From positions 17,323-81,322 of the forward strand of contig CAZJQC010000003.1 of the NCBI GenBank assembly GCA_964548195.1: DNA of 64,000 nt, given 5' to 3'. How positions within the stretch are numbered: position 1 is the stretch's first letter; each line of letters begins with the position of its first letter. The notes below the pieces were generated by a model that saw nothing but the letters and a program-made list of their open reading frames with translations, made no database searches and had not been told where the DNA came from. The stretch is from an uncultured bacterium. Lineage in GTDB: Bacteria; Macinerneyibacteriota; Macinerneyibacteria; Macinerneyibacteriales; DSCS01. Position numbers and translations under genes: made by a program. This document shows positions 30,018-39,632 of this stretch, in pieces.

Positions 30018-30605
30018 TCATCTCACTTTCCCGAAAGACCGGATCATCGTCAGAGCCAGTTTGAAATTCGACACGCGTACCCCGTCATAAGCGGGGGTCT
30101 TAAGCATTTTTTTTATCTCTCCGAAACGCGCGCCCGGATACGTGGTCTTTATCTTGCGGATCTTGTCGTCAAGCCCCATATCCCGCACTCCCGAAAAATC
30201 CTCCACTATGTCAAGGTTCTCATTTTTTATAACATCCGGCTGGAGTTTGGCGTCTGAAAACGACAGGGCGGCATCATCCACGTTTTTGTAATACCCGAGC
30301 AATTCGGTGTATTCAAGCAGATAAAATATTTTTCTGACGTCGCTGCGCATGGCTGTGACCTTGATATCGCCCGAAGCCTGTCTTATATTATTGCTCAATC
30401 CGATGACAGTATTCCATCCGCTTGAGGAAATAAATTCAATATCCGACATATCCAATATGAAACGGGTCTTTCTTTCCGCCAGCATCTTTGTGAATCGCTG
30501 CACAAGGACATTGGACGTGGTGGAATCAAGATATCCCTGCAGGACGACCAGTGTTATATCGGAGTCATCTCTGTAGGGCTTTATTTCCTTAATGAGTTTT
30601 TCCAT
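30018..30605 (-). CDS. STAS domain anti-sigma-factor antagonist with C-terminal extension
   Basis: GYLD, ILDMSDIEFISSSG phospho-Ser motif; extra ~75-aa tail. Confidence 0.8.
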   Translation of the reverse strand: MEKLIKEIKPYRDDSDITLVVLQGYLDSTTSNVLVQRFTKMLAERKTRFILDMSDIEFISSSGWNTVIGLSNNIRQASGDIKVTAMRSDVRKIFYLLEYTELLGYYKNVDDAALSFSDAKLQPDVIKNENLDIVEDFSGVRDMGLDDKIRKIKTTYPGARFGEIKKMLKTPAYDGVRVSNFKLALTMIRSFGKVR

Positions 30606-30642
30606 AAATCCTCCCGAGAAACTAAAAACAAGCCTCTCTTTT

Positions 30643-30671
30643 ATTTTATCATCCGGAATGAATTATTTCAA
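30643..30671 (-). promoter_or_regulatory. Sigma70-type promoter of STAS-pilB-pilC
   Basis: TTGAAA-17-TAAAAT. Confidence 0.55.
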
Positions 30672-30677
30672 CCGGTA

Positions 30678-31589
30678 TTATTCGATAATGACTTGTATGC
30701 TGCTTGGGTTCAGATCGAGAAGATTCACCCAGGATGGATGCGCGACAACGGGTATTATATTATGCGATCCGCGGGTATATTCCGTAAGGTCTATTGATAC
30801 ACTGATGTCCTGTTTCAGCTCGTCCGGCTTGACGGATACAGGGACCTCAAGTTTAAGGTAAGCCACGCGCGGAAAGACAAGAGAGTAATCGCCTTTTATC
30901 CGTATTGGCACGTCCCTGAGTTCGACGGTCTTCAACCGGACTATATTTATCGATGCGAACACCTTCTTGCTCTTGGTGCCGAGCAGGGTCGTGTTTTCCG
31001 GTATATCCATGGTGATCTCTTTTTTAAAGGATGTGGTCATACCCGTGATATCGACGGGAAAAGTATCTATTCTGACTACACTTTTCGGCCCCCTTATGCT
31101 GACGAAAGAAGGTTTTACCTCTATCGGCTCCAAAAGCTTATAGCCGGGAGGCGTATCGCCGGAATACACGGCAAACACCGGCACGGTCTTTTCGTCCTTT
31201 TGTTCTATTGATATCTTTATCGTTGATACGCCGATCGCCTCAAATACGGACATATTGTCCGTTCCGGTTATATTCTTCTTTTCGACGTCAAGCTCATAAA
31301 CGCCTTTCTCATAACCCTTAAGGTTTACGCCGTAAGTCAGGTCGCGGCGTTTGAGTTCCATGAGTTCGCCCCCCCTGGCGTGTGCCTGGAAGGCTATCGT
31401 ATCCGGCTCAAAGTCCGATATGACCAGGTTTTCCGAGAGGCCGCTGAATGAAAGCGGCATTTCGATGTATTCGGTCACCACCCTGTTTTTAACCGAAGCA
31501 AACCACAACAACAATGCGATCAGCACCGCCAGAAATTTGTATGTGATGTTTTTCGTGGCTCCTCGAAAAAATTGTCTGAAGGATATCAT
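30678..31589 (-). CDS. cdaR: CdaR/YbbR-repeat regulator of diadenylate cyclase
   Basis: KFLAVLIALLLW anchor; YbbR repeats (PPGY...VKPSFVSIRGP); directly follows dacA. Confidence 0.85.
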   Translation of the reverse strand: MISFRQFFRGATKNITYKFLAVLIALLLWFASVKNRVVTEYIEMPLSFSGLSENLVISDFEPDTIAFQAHARGGELMELKRRDLTYGVNLKGYEKGVYELDVEKKNITGTDNMSVFEAIGVSTIKISIEQKDEKTVPVFAVYSGDTPPGYKLLEPIEVKPSFVSIRGPKSVVRIDTFPVDITGMTTSFKKEITMDIPENTTLLGTKSKKVFASINIVRLKTVELRDVPIRIKGDYSLVFPRVAYLKLEVPVSVKPDELKQDISVSIDLTEYTRGSHNIIPVVAHPSWVNLLDLNPSSIQVIIE

Positions 31590-32395
31590 GTCTTGCCCTC
31601 CGGGCCCGCGGTGTTTTTAGCTTCCCCGGTGTCCCTTTCAAGAAGCAGGTCGTACAATATGTCTTTCAGTTCGTTCTTGTTCATACCCCTGCTGAGAAAC
31701 TGCCCCCTGTACGCGTATGATATGTTCTTCGTCTCTTCCGAGACCACTATCACGCCCGCATCGGTAAGTTCGGACAGTCCGACCGCGGCGCGATGCCGCG
31801 TCCCGTATTCCTTGGGTATGTTCCCGCTGTCTGTCAGCGGCAATACGCATCTGGCCGCATAAAGCCTTCCGTTTCTAACCAGCACCGCGCCGTCATGAAG
31901 GGGCGTATTGAGGGAGAATACCGTGACTATCAATTCCCTTGTGATATCCGCGTCCAGCACGACCTCATTTTCAATATAATTCCGTATGTCCGTGTTTTTT
32001 TCGAAGACGATCAGCGCGCCGATGCGTTTTGAGGACATCTCCACCACGGCATCGATAAGCTCATTGATATACATCTTTTCCTCGGACACCGCAGGCTTTA
32101 ATATAAGTGAGAAGAGAGGAAGCTTTGAAACGCGCGAAAGCATGTTCCTGAACTCCGGCTGAAAGATCAATACAAAGAAGACGCTCCATAAAAGCAGCAG
32201 CACGCGCCCCATAGACTGCAGCACAGTAAGTTGCAGCCACTGAGCGATAAACTGCGACAGCAGTATCATAAGCAGCACTATCATCATCTGAAGGGCTTTG
32301 ATGCCCTTGAATGTGACGATTATATAGTAGAGCAGCAATGAGACAAGGAGTATGTCCAACACATCCAATATCGTAATATGCTGCAGATAGACCAA
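31586..32395 (-). CDS. dacA: Membrane diadenylate cyclase
   Basis: 3 TM helices, FQPE, LHDGA, GTRHRAA, VSEET. Confidence 0.95.
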   Translation of the reverse strand: MVYLQHITILDVLDILLVSLLLYYIIVTFKGIKALQMMIVLLMILLSQFIAQWLQLTVLQSMGRVLLLLWSVFFVLIFQPEFRNMLSRVSKLPLFSLILKPAVSEEKMYINELIDAVVEMSSKRIGALIVFEKNTDIRNYIENEVVLDADITRELIVTVFSLNTPLHDGAVLVRNGRLYAARCVLPLTDSGNIPKEYGTRHRAAVGLSELTDAGVIVVSEETKNISYAYRGQFLSRGMNKNELKDILYDLLLERDTGEAKNTAGPEGKT

Positions 32396-32405
32396 TACGT
32401 TTATC

Positions 32406-32978
32406 TTACTTCCCCCCTTTTATCAGGAACAGCGCTTCCTCACGCGTTGATTTCCTTTTAAAAGCCCCTCTGATCGCGGACGTCACCGTCTGGGACCCGG
32501 GTTTTTTTATTCCCCTCATTATCATGCAGAGATGTTCCGCCTCCACAATGACAAAGACTCCCAGCGGGTCCACGATCCTCATTATGGCGTCCGCTATCTC
32601 AACGGTAAGTCTTTCCTGCAACTGAGGAGCCCGTGATATCATGTCGACGGCCCGTGCTATCTTGCTCAGCCCGGTGACTTTATTGTTTTTAGGAAAATAA
32701 GCCACATGCGCTTTCCCAAAAAACGGGAGGAGATGGTGTTCGCACATAGAGTAAAACGGTATGTCCTTGACTATGATCATCTCGTCTTCATCAAAAGATG
32801 CGTGAAACGTGACCACTATGCGTTCGAGTTCTTCTTCGGTGATATTCACGCCCTTGAATATATCCTCGTACATATCCGCTACTCTGCGCGGGGTGTCGAG
32901 CAGCCCTTCGCGCTGCGTGTCCTCGCCTATTGCCTCAAGTATCATGGCCACGCCCTGTTTGATCTTTTCCTTGTCCAT
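32406..32978 (-). CDS. folE: GTP cyclohydrolase I
   Basis: [33 protein letters not shown]. Confidence 0.95.
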   Translation of the reverse strand: MDKEKIKQGVAMILEAIGEDTQREGLLDTPRRVADMYEDIFKGVNITEEELERIVVTFHASFDEDEMIIVKDIPFYSMCEHHLLPFFGKAHVAYFPKNNKVTGLSKIARAVDMISRAPQLQERLTVEIADAIMRIVDPLGVFVIVEAEHLCMIMRGIKKPGSQTVTSAIRGAFKRKSTREEALFLIKGGK

Positions 32979-32979
32979 A

Positions 32980-34788
32980 TCATCCTTCCAAGCCAAGTAT
33001 TGCGCTGATCTCATCCGATTCCAACACTTCTTTTTCCAGAAGGGCGTCTGCAAGCCTTATGAGCCTGTCCTTGTTTTGGTTCAGTATGTCAAGCGTCTCG
33101 CGATACGCCGAATTCACTATTCTGCTGATGGCCTCGTCGATCTTCTTTGCGGTATCCTCCGAATGGTCCTTGGTGCTGCCAAGGTCCCGTCCCAGAAATA
33201 TATGTTCCTCTTTTCTCCCGAATGTCATCGGCCCGATCTCTTTACTCATGCCCCAGTTCGATACCATCTTCCTGGCTATGTCCGTCACTTTTTCCAGATC
33301 ATCCGACGCGCCGCTGCTGACCTCCTTGAATATGATCTCCTCGGCGGCCCTGCCTCCCAGCATGCGTCTCATAATAGACTCCAGATACTCCTGTGTATAG
33401 AGATGGCGCTGGTCAAGAGGAAGGAAATGGGTGACGCCAAGAGCTCTTCCCCGCGGTATGATGGTGACTTTATGTATGGGGTCACCGTTCTCGCTGAGCT
33501 TCCCTATCATGGTATGACCTGATTCATGATACGCTATGCGTTTTTTTTCATCATCGGTGATGACCATGCTTTTTCTTGCCTTGCCCATGAGCACCTTGTC
33601 CTTGGCCTCTTCAAAATCCTCCATGGCGACGCTCATCTTGTCGAGTCTGGCGGCGAGAAGAGCCGCTTCATTGGCCATGTTCGCAAGGTCGGCACCGCTC
33701 ATACCCGGGGTGGCCTTGGCCAGTATTTCAAGCTTCACGTCATCCGCCACGGGTATGCTGCGTGTGTGGACCCTCAGTATTTCCTCACGTCCCCGCACAT
33801 CGGGCAGCTCTATTACCACCTGACGGTCAAAACGGCCGGGCCTCAGCAACGCGGGGTCAAGGACATCGGGCCTGTTCGTGGCCGCTATCAGTATGACTCC
33901 CAGTTTTGTCTCAAAGCCGTCCATCTCCACCAGGAGCTGATTCAACGTCTGTTCACGCTCATCATGTCCCCCGCCGAGCCCGCTTCCGCGTGAGCGGCCC
34001 ACGGCATCGATCTCATCGATAAAGATGATGGATGGAGCGCTTTTTTTAGCCTGTTCAAAGAGGTCACGCACCCTGGCAGCCCCCACGCCCACAAACATCT
34101 CGACAAAATCGGATCCGCTCAATGTGAGAAACGGCACATTGGCCTCGCCGGCCACTGCTTTCGACAGCAGTGTCTTACCCGTTCCGGGAGCCCCCACAAG
34201 CAGGACGCCTTTGGGTATTTTACCCCCGAGGCGCTGAAACTTGGATGGCGCCTTTAAATAATCTATGATCTCCTCAAGCTCCTCTTTGGCTTCGTCGCAT
34301 CCGGCGACATCCTTGAAGGTGACACCGACATCGCCTTTTGCGATCATCCTGGCCTTGCTTTTGCCGAACGAGAAGGCTTTGTTGTTTCCGCCCTGCATAT
34401 TGCGCAGGAACATCACAAAAAATATAAGAAATATCACGGTGGGCAAGACGTATATGAGAAACATCTTCATGTCGCCCGAAGAGGGCTTTTTGATCATGAT
34501 CTGCGAATCCTTCTCCAACAGGCGCTCCAGCGTGAGTTTCTGGTCATACGGGATGACCGTCTTGAAATTTGTCGCGCCGTCGGGCGTAGCATCCTTGAAC
34601 TCGCCTGTCAGGTCCATCTCCTGTATCACGACGGAATCGACATTTCCCGTTTCCACCTGATATATAAAATCACTGTATGAGACATCGACGACTTTTGCGT
34701 TCTTCTGCCATTTATTGAGCCAGCTGAAGGCCAGCATGAATATAAAAAACAAAAAAACCCATATCATTATATCCTTGAATTTACCCAT
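32980..34788 (-). CDS. ftsH: ATP-dependent zinc metalloprotease FtsH
   Basis: 2 [24 protein letters not shown]. Confidence 0.97.
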   Translation of the reverse strand: MGKFKDIMIWVFLFFIFMLAFSWLNKWQKNAKVVDVSYSDFIYQVETGNVDSVVIQEMDLTGEFKDATPDGATNFKTVIPYDQKLTLERLLEKDSQIMIKKPSSGDMKMFLIYVLPTVIFLIFFVMFLRNMQGGNNKAFSFGKSKARMIAKGDVGVTFKDVAGCDEAKEELEEIIDYLKAPSKFQRLGGKIPKGVLLVGAPGTGKTLLSKAVAGEANVPFLTLSGSDFVEMFVGVGAARVRDLFEQAKKSAPSIIFIDEIDAVGRSRGSGLGGGHDEREQTLNQLLVEMDGFETKLGVILIAATNRPDVLDPALLRPGRFDRQVVIELPDVRGREEILRVHTRSIPVADDVKLEILAKATPGMSGADLANMANEAALLAARLDKMSVAMEDFEEAKDKVLMGKARKSMVITDDEKKRIAYHESGHTMIGKLSENGDPIHKVTIIPRGRALGVTHFLPLDQRHLYTQEYLESIMRRMLGGRAAEEIIFKEVSSGASDDLEKVTDIARKMVSNWGMSKEIGPMTFGRKEEHIFLGRDLGSTKDHSEDTAKKIDEAISRIVNSAYRETLDILNQNKDRLIRLADALLEKEVLESDEISAILGLEG

Positions 34789-34814
34789 GGACTTACTCCT
34801 TTATGCTTTTCTGG

Positions 34815-34842
34815 ATTTTAAACCCGGTTCCTCAAATGTCAA
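34815..34842 (-). promoter_or_regulatory. Sigma70 promoter of ftsH
   Basis: TTGACA-16-TAAAAT. Confidence 0.55.
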
Positions 34843-34861
34843 GTCAAATTGGGAACGGGTG

Positions 34862-35479
34862 TCAGGCGGGAAGTATGCATTCAAGGGCTTTTTTCAGCAA
34901 TGTGCCGGTTATGCCCCATATGTCGCCGTAATGAGATTCGATGGACACCATGCTGAAAACGCCGCGCCTCCTTTTTCCCTGTGTCACGCCTGCCCGCAGC
35001 CCCCCGTCGCTGCCGACACGGTCTCCAAGCTCCACCGCCACCGATTCCACGTCAAAGCTTTCCGTGGAAAGCCTGCTCAGGGGCAGTGAGAAAAAACGTT
35101 CGACCTCCGCCGAGGGAACCAGTTCATCGACTGAATGTATGCCGATCCCGGCTATGTAAGAATATACCAATATGCCGAAGGGATTAAACGCTATGCCGCC
35201 CGGACACATACCCTTTACATCACTCCGCCGCAGGCCCGTCTCTTCACAGGTCTCCCTGACCGCGGTATCATAGTGGTCCCGGTCTCTGACCGGATCATGA
35301 TGCCCTCCGGGAAAGGCTATCTGCCCCGGGCCGGAGACCGAGGCCGACCTTATTTCAAACAATATCTCAATGCCTTTCTCTCCTGAAAACAGGGGCACAA
35401 GGACAGCCGCAGTACCGTTGGGGGTATGGAGCCGCTCCTCCAAAGAAGGTTCACGGAACTTCAGCTCATCTATCCTCAT
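34862..35479 (-). CDS. NUDIX hydrolase, CoA pyrophosphatase-like
   Basis: AAVLVP, PGQIAFPGG, TAVRETCEETGL, IWGITG. Confidence 0.85.
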   Translation of the reverse strand: MRIDELKFREPSLEERLHTPNGTAAVLVPLFSGEKGIEILFEIRSASVSGPGQIAFPGGHHDPVRDRDHYDTAVRETCEETGLRRSDVKGMCPGGIAFNPFGILVYSYIAGIGIHSVDELVPSAEVERFFSLPLSRLSTESFDVESVAVELGDRVGSDGGLRAGVTQGKRRRGVFSMVSIESHYGDIWGITGTLLKKALECILPA

Positions 35480-36359
35480 GTCCGGGCCCTCCGTATAGCC
35501 GTTTGAGAGGGTATTCATATATATAATAATCGTCCTCACTTTCCCATGACTCGAAGCCCGCCCTTTTCAGCGCCCCCTTCACTATATCGTCATCGGGCAC
35601 GGCGGTCTCGGCGTATGAGACCCCTCTGGCCGCAGCTTCCCTCAACATGCCGGACAGAAGTTCGGCCCCCTCCTCCGCTGACCTGAGGTCAAACATCGGG
35701 AAATGCACTGTGTCGCCGAAATAGCCGAAAAGCGCCTTTGAAGCCCCCAGTGAGGCAAGCCTTATTCCCTTCCGGACATAATCCCTGTAGATGGGCTGCG
35801 AATAGGGATACACACGCCAGCCGTCGATTATATTCCCTCCGCAGTCCGAAAAATAGGGGCAATCCTTAGTCATATCGAATACCACAGCTGGGTCTGAGAA
35901 CAGCTCCATCTCAGGGGCTGCCCCGGCCGTCTCCGATGCCTCCCACTCACGGCTTTTCACGCTTAGCACGGCCGTTCTGACAAAGCCCGATCTCTCCGCG
36001 GAGATGATCGACGCTTTGTTCCCGGCATACGTCGCGAACCTGACGCTGTCCAGCCCCGGCATATTGCGGAGCTTCTCCAGAAAATAGGCAGTCACTTCCC
36101 GCCCCATCCCCCTTACGGGAAAATCCTCCACGGAACGGAGACCTTCCAGCCAGACATCGCGTGGGGTCAAAAACGTCATCTTGGAGCAGCCGACTATTCT
36201 CCCGTCGAACAATATGGCGGCAAACTCGCCTGTATGTTCGTCCGCCCAGTCATCGAATACTGCAGGAATATAATCATCCCCGTCCCAAAGTTCCCTGACC
36301 ATATCGCATACGGCGTCTTTGTCCTCATGCCTCATCTTTCTGAAAGAAAAGTTTCCCAT
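35466..36359 (-). CDS. GNAT family acetyltransferase
   Basis: DYIP..FD.W, WLEGLR, RGMGR, GF. Confidence 0.75.
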   Translation of the reverse strand: MGNFSFRKMRHEDKDAVCDMVRELWDGDDYIPAVFDDWADEHTGEFAAILFDGRIVGCSKMTFLTPRDVWLEGLRSVEDFPVRGMGREVTAYFLEKLRNMPGLDSVRFATYAGNKASIISAERSGFVRTAVLSVKSREWEASETAGAAPEMELFSDPAVVFDMTKDCPYFSDCGGNIIDGWRVYPYSQPIYRDYVRKGIRLASLGASKALFGYFGDTVHFPMFDLRSAEEGAELLSGMLREAAARGVSYAETAVPDDDIVKGALKRAGFESWESEDDYYIYEYPLKRLYGGPGHEDR

Positions 36360-36360
36360 C

Positions 36361-37074
36361 CTAGCTCCTTGCAAGGGAGAGCGCCAGTACATACACCCGT
36401 GCCGCGCCCGCTTTTTTTAATACGGAAGCCAATTCGTCCGTTGTCGCTCCGCTGGTGACCACATCATCGACGATGATCAGTGTCTTGCCCCTTATATCAC
36501 CGCATACCCCGAAAACGCCCTTTACATTGACCTTCCTCGCCCCGTCACTGTCCATGCCCGATTGAGGAAGGGTGTCTGCGTTACGCGACACTCTTTTTTC
36601 AAGTCCGGGAAGCGGTATGGCGCGGGCAAGTATCTCAGCCTGGTTGAACCCCCTGCGCAGCCGTTTTTTCCTGTTCAGCGGCACAGCCACCACAGCGTCC
36701 GCTTCTATTTCCCCGAAATAAAGGCTATAGGCCTCCGCGACAGTCTCCGCAAGCGAGTTCAGAAGGGGGATGTCCCTTCCGTATTTCCCCTTCTTTATGA
36801 GAAAGGCGTTTGTGTCGTCATAGAGTATGGCGGCCCTTCGGAACATCCAATGGCCGCGGCCCCCTTTTTTCCCTTTTTTCCCGGCGCAATCCGCACACAA
36901 TCCCTCATAGCCGATCTTTTTTCCGCATCGGGCGCACACCGGCGGGCTTATGCGTCTCAAACCCGCCAGGCAGTCCCGGCACAATCCGCTGCCATACGGT
37001 ATCCTTTTGCCGCATAATCTGCAAAACTGTGGAAAGATCAGGTTCAGCGCGGCGGAAAGTATTTTTCCAGGTAT
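36361..37074 (-). CDS. comF: ComF family zinc-ribbon/PRT protein (proposed ATA start)
   Basis: RGFNQA, VDDVVTSGAT; in-frame upstream LIFPQFCRLC..LCRDC; AAGGAGG 7 nt before ATA at 37074. Confidence 0.8.
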   Translation of the reverse strand: MPGKILSAALNLIFPQFCRLCGKRIPYGSGLCRDCLAGLRRISPPVCARCGKKIGYEGLCADCAGKKGKKGGRGHWMFRRAAILYDDTNAFLIKKGKYGRDIPLLNSLAETVAEAYSLYFGEIEADAVVAVPLNRKKRLRRGFNQAEILARAIPLPGLEKRVSRNADTLPQSGMDSDGARKVNVKGVFGVCGDIRGKTLIIVDDVVTSGATTDELASVLKKAGAARVYVLALSLARS

Positions 37075-39632
37075 TCGAGCGCCTCCTTTTTCGTCTTTAT
37101 TTTTTCGTCAAGGTACAGGTCGTTTACTTTTTTCAGTATCTCCTTCATCCGCATGCGGTCGTTGAAACCCGCGTTTTTAAGGTCGTTTCCGTTAAGTATC
37201 TTGACCCGTTTTTTTATCTCCATGATATAAAGCGAGGCATACTGCTGCAGCCTCTGATTGTCCGCATAACGGGCCATCACATACAACAACCCTTCGATCT
37301 GAAGGTCACGGAACATGTCGTTTATTTCGCTGTTCTTCAAAAAAGCCTTCTTGTGCACGTTCTTGTACCTGCTTTGGATGAACTCGTGCACATCGTCAAA
37401 AACTGTCATAAACTTTCTGGTCAATTCAAATTTTGCGGCGTATGCATAGAGATCCGCAGGCTCCATATCACCAAACAGGGCAAGGAGATACAAGACCTTG
37501 TCGTCAGCCTTGTTTCGGAGGTAAAGCAGTTTATACCAGTGAAAGACATGCCGCACTTCCCTGAAGAGGGCGGCTTTTTCCTCCCCGAAGGCCGTTTGAG
37601 GGAACAACTCGGAAAATATGCCGTTTGCGGTCATGATCTCCATGACGTTTTCGGGATAATCCTCTTTAAAGATCAGGAAGAGTTCGTCCTTTACTCGCCG
37701 TCCCGATATAAGCCGTATAACGCCCAGTTCCAACGCATTTTTCAGGAGTTCCCCTGTCTGCCTTCCGAAATCGAAACCGAACCGCGCGGCAAACCTCACC
37801 CCGCGCAGTATGCGCGAGGGGTCTTCAATAAAACTGATCGTATGGAGCACCTTCAGCGTTTTTTTTCTGATATCATCATAACCGCCAAAAAAATCATACA
37901 GATCCCCGAAATCGGATTCCGATATGGAGACTGCCATCGCATTCACCGTAAAATCGCGCCTGTAAAGGTCGTATCGCAGAGGCGAGCGCATCACCATAGG
38001 CAAAGCGCCGGGCTTTTCATATGTTTCCGACCTTGCGGTCGCTATGTCAATTTTTATCCCGTCTTCATATTCCAGTGACGCAGTCTGAAATTTCCTGTGC
38101 GACCTGAGCCTTAGTCCGTATCGGGCGGCCATTTCGCGCGCGACTTCGAGTCCGCTGCCCTCGATGACCACGTCGATATCAAACGTCTGCTTTTTAAGTA
38201 TGAGGTCTCTTACCAGTCCGCCCACGACATACGATCTGTATCCCATGCCGTCCGCCATATTCCCTATGTCCCGGATACGCTGAAAATTGACGCCTTTCAA
38301 TGAATATTTCATCTCGGACATCAGGTTCTTTTTCACCATCATCAGTCCGGGGCGAAGGAACTCGGTCTTGAGGAGATCGTTTTTTGTGATCACCCCAACG
38401 CACATGCCGTTTCTTTTCACTACGACCATGGACTGACGCTCCTCCATCAGGGCTTTCCTGGGACCATACAGGCTGTCAGCCTCTTCAACGGTATAGATCT
38501 CTTCGTTCATATACCCGCTCACCGGATGGTTTCCCAAAGCGTGATGAAACAGCCTGTCCGTCTCTTTTCTTGTTATTATCCCCAGAGGCCTTCTATCACC
38601 GTCCAATACGGGAAGCTTTGAATGGTTATGAGCGGTCATCTTCTGTCTCACATCGTCGACTGTATCCCCGGGCAACGCGTAGATGACCTTTGAATTCATT
38701 ATATCCGACACCCTTATCCTGTTTTCATAAAGCCCTTCAAGAAGGTTCATAACCTTTTCCCGCACTTCAACAAACGAGATCTCCTTCAGGGCGGCATAAG
38801 CGGCGGAGGGATGACCTCCCCCTCCGAACTGCGAGACGACTTCCAGGACGTCTATCTTTTTTGTCCTGCTTCTGGCGAAAAAATATACGTTCTTTCCCAG
38901 GCGCACCACCACGAACACCGCATCCACCGACAATATGAACATGAGTCTCTGTACGACAAAGGAGACGTTCGAGATATAGGTGTCGCTTTCCGCGTGACAC
39001 AATGCTATCCTTTTGTTGCCGTCTTCCATGAGGTAGTTCTTTTTGACAAGATCATCCAGCAGGGAAAGCTGATCGGCTTTAAAGTCTGTCACAAGATACC
39101 TTGCCACATATGATATGTCATTTTTTTCGAACCGTTCCATCAGTATATTGAATACACGCACGTCTTCCAGTGTAAGCGAAACATATGTGAACATGCCGGT
39201 ATCCTCATAGAGCCCCAGAAGGAACAATTTCACATGCCTGCTGTCATAGGGAATGCCTCTTTTTTCAAGTTCTGATACAAGTATGGTGATATTGGCGCCG
39301 GTATTCCTCGTGAACATCTCCGTGTCCGCGCCCCCTTTTGCCGGATGGTGGTCGTATACCGCCGTTACGCGTGTTTTACCCGTAAACTGCGGCGGCAGCC
39401 CGGCCCGGGAAAGGTCATCGTTGTCCACGAGTACCGCCTCGGTGACTTCTTCGGAAAGTTCGGCGGCGAAGATATGGGGTATGCCGATATCCTCCCTTTT
39501 TATATATTCCATCACCATCCTTTCCGCATTGTCCGGAAAGACTACGGTATGGTCGTCATATATAAGTCTTGCCGCGGCCATGGAGGCCAGGCAGTCAAAA
39601 TCCATATTCGTGTGTCCTGCGATTACTTTCAT
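37044..39632 (-). CDS. cca: DHH/CBS-domain tRNA nucleotidyltransferase (A- or CCA-adding)
   Basis: HTNMDFD, DHH, GGGGH, CBS pair, VGGLVRD..DID, RRDFTVNA, EDPSR. Confidence 0.88.
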   Translation of the reverse strand: MKVIAGHTNMDFDCLASMAAARLIYDDHTVVFPDNAERMVMEYIKREDIGIPHIFAAELSEEVTEAVLVDNDDLSRAGLPPQFTGKTRVTAVYDHHPAKGGADTEMFTRNTGANITILVSELEKRGIPYDSRHVKLFLLGLYEDTGMFTYVSLTLEDVRVFNILMERFEKNDISYVARYLVTDFKADQLSLLDDLVKKNYLMEDGNKRIALCHAESDTYISNVSFVVQRLMFILSVDAVFVVVRLGKNVYFFARSRTKKIDVLEVVSQFGGGGHPSAAYAALKEISFVEVREKVMNLLEGLYENRIRVSDIMNSKVIYALPGDTVDDVRQKMTAHNHSKLPVLDGDRRPLGIITRKETDRLFHHALGNHPVSGYMNEEIYTVEEADSLYGPRKALMEERQSMVVVKRNGMCVGVITKNDLLKTEFLRPGLMMVKKNLMSEMKYSLKGVNFQRIRDIGNMADGMGYRSYVVGGLVRDLILKKQTFDIDVVIEGSGLEVAREMAARYGLRLRSHRKFQTASLEYEDGIKIDIATARSETYEKPGALPMVMRSPLRYDLYRRDFTVNAMAVSISESDFGDLYDFFGGYDDIRKKTLKVLHTISFIEDPSRILRGVRFAARFGFDFGRQTGELLKNALELGVIRLISGRRVKDELFLIFKEDYPENVMEIMTANGIFSELFPQTAFGEEKAALFREVRHVFHWYKLLYLRNKADDKVLYLLALFGDMEPADLYAYAAKFELTRKFMTVFDDVHEFIQSRYKNVHKKAFLKNSEINDMFRDLQIEGLLYVMARYADNQRLQQYASLYIMEIKKRVKILNGNDLKNAGFNDRMRMKEILKKVNDLYLDEKIKTKKEALEYLEKYFPPR

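Noticed and set aside
36810..38078. 422-aa plus-strand ORF, and the many other plus-strand ORFs between 960 and 62278
   Set aside because: Antisense to well-supported genes; no family motifs
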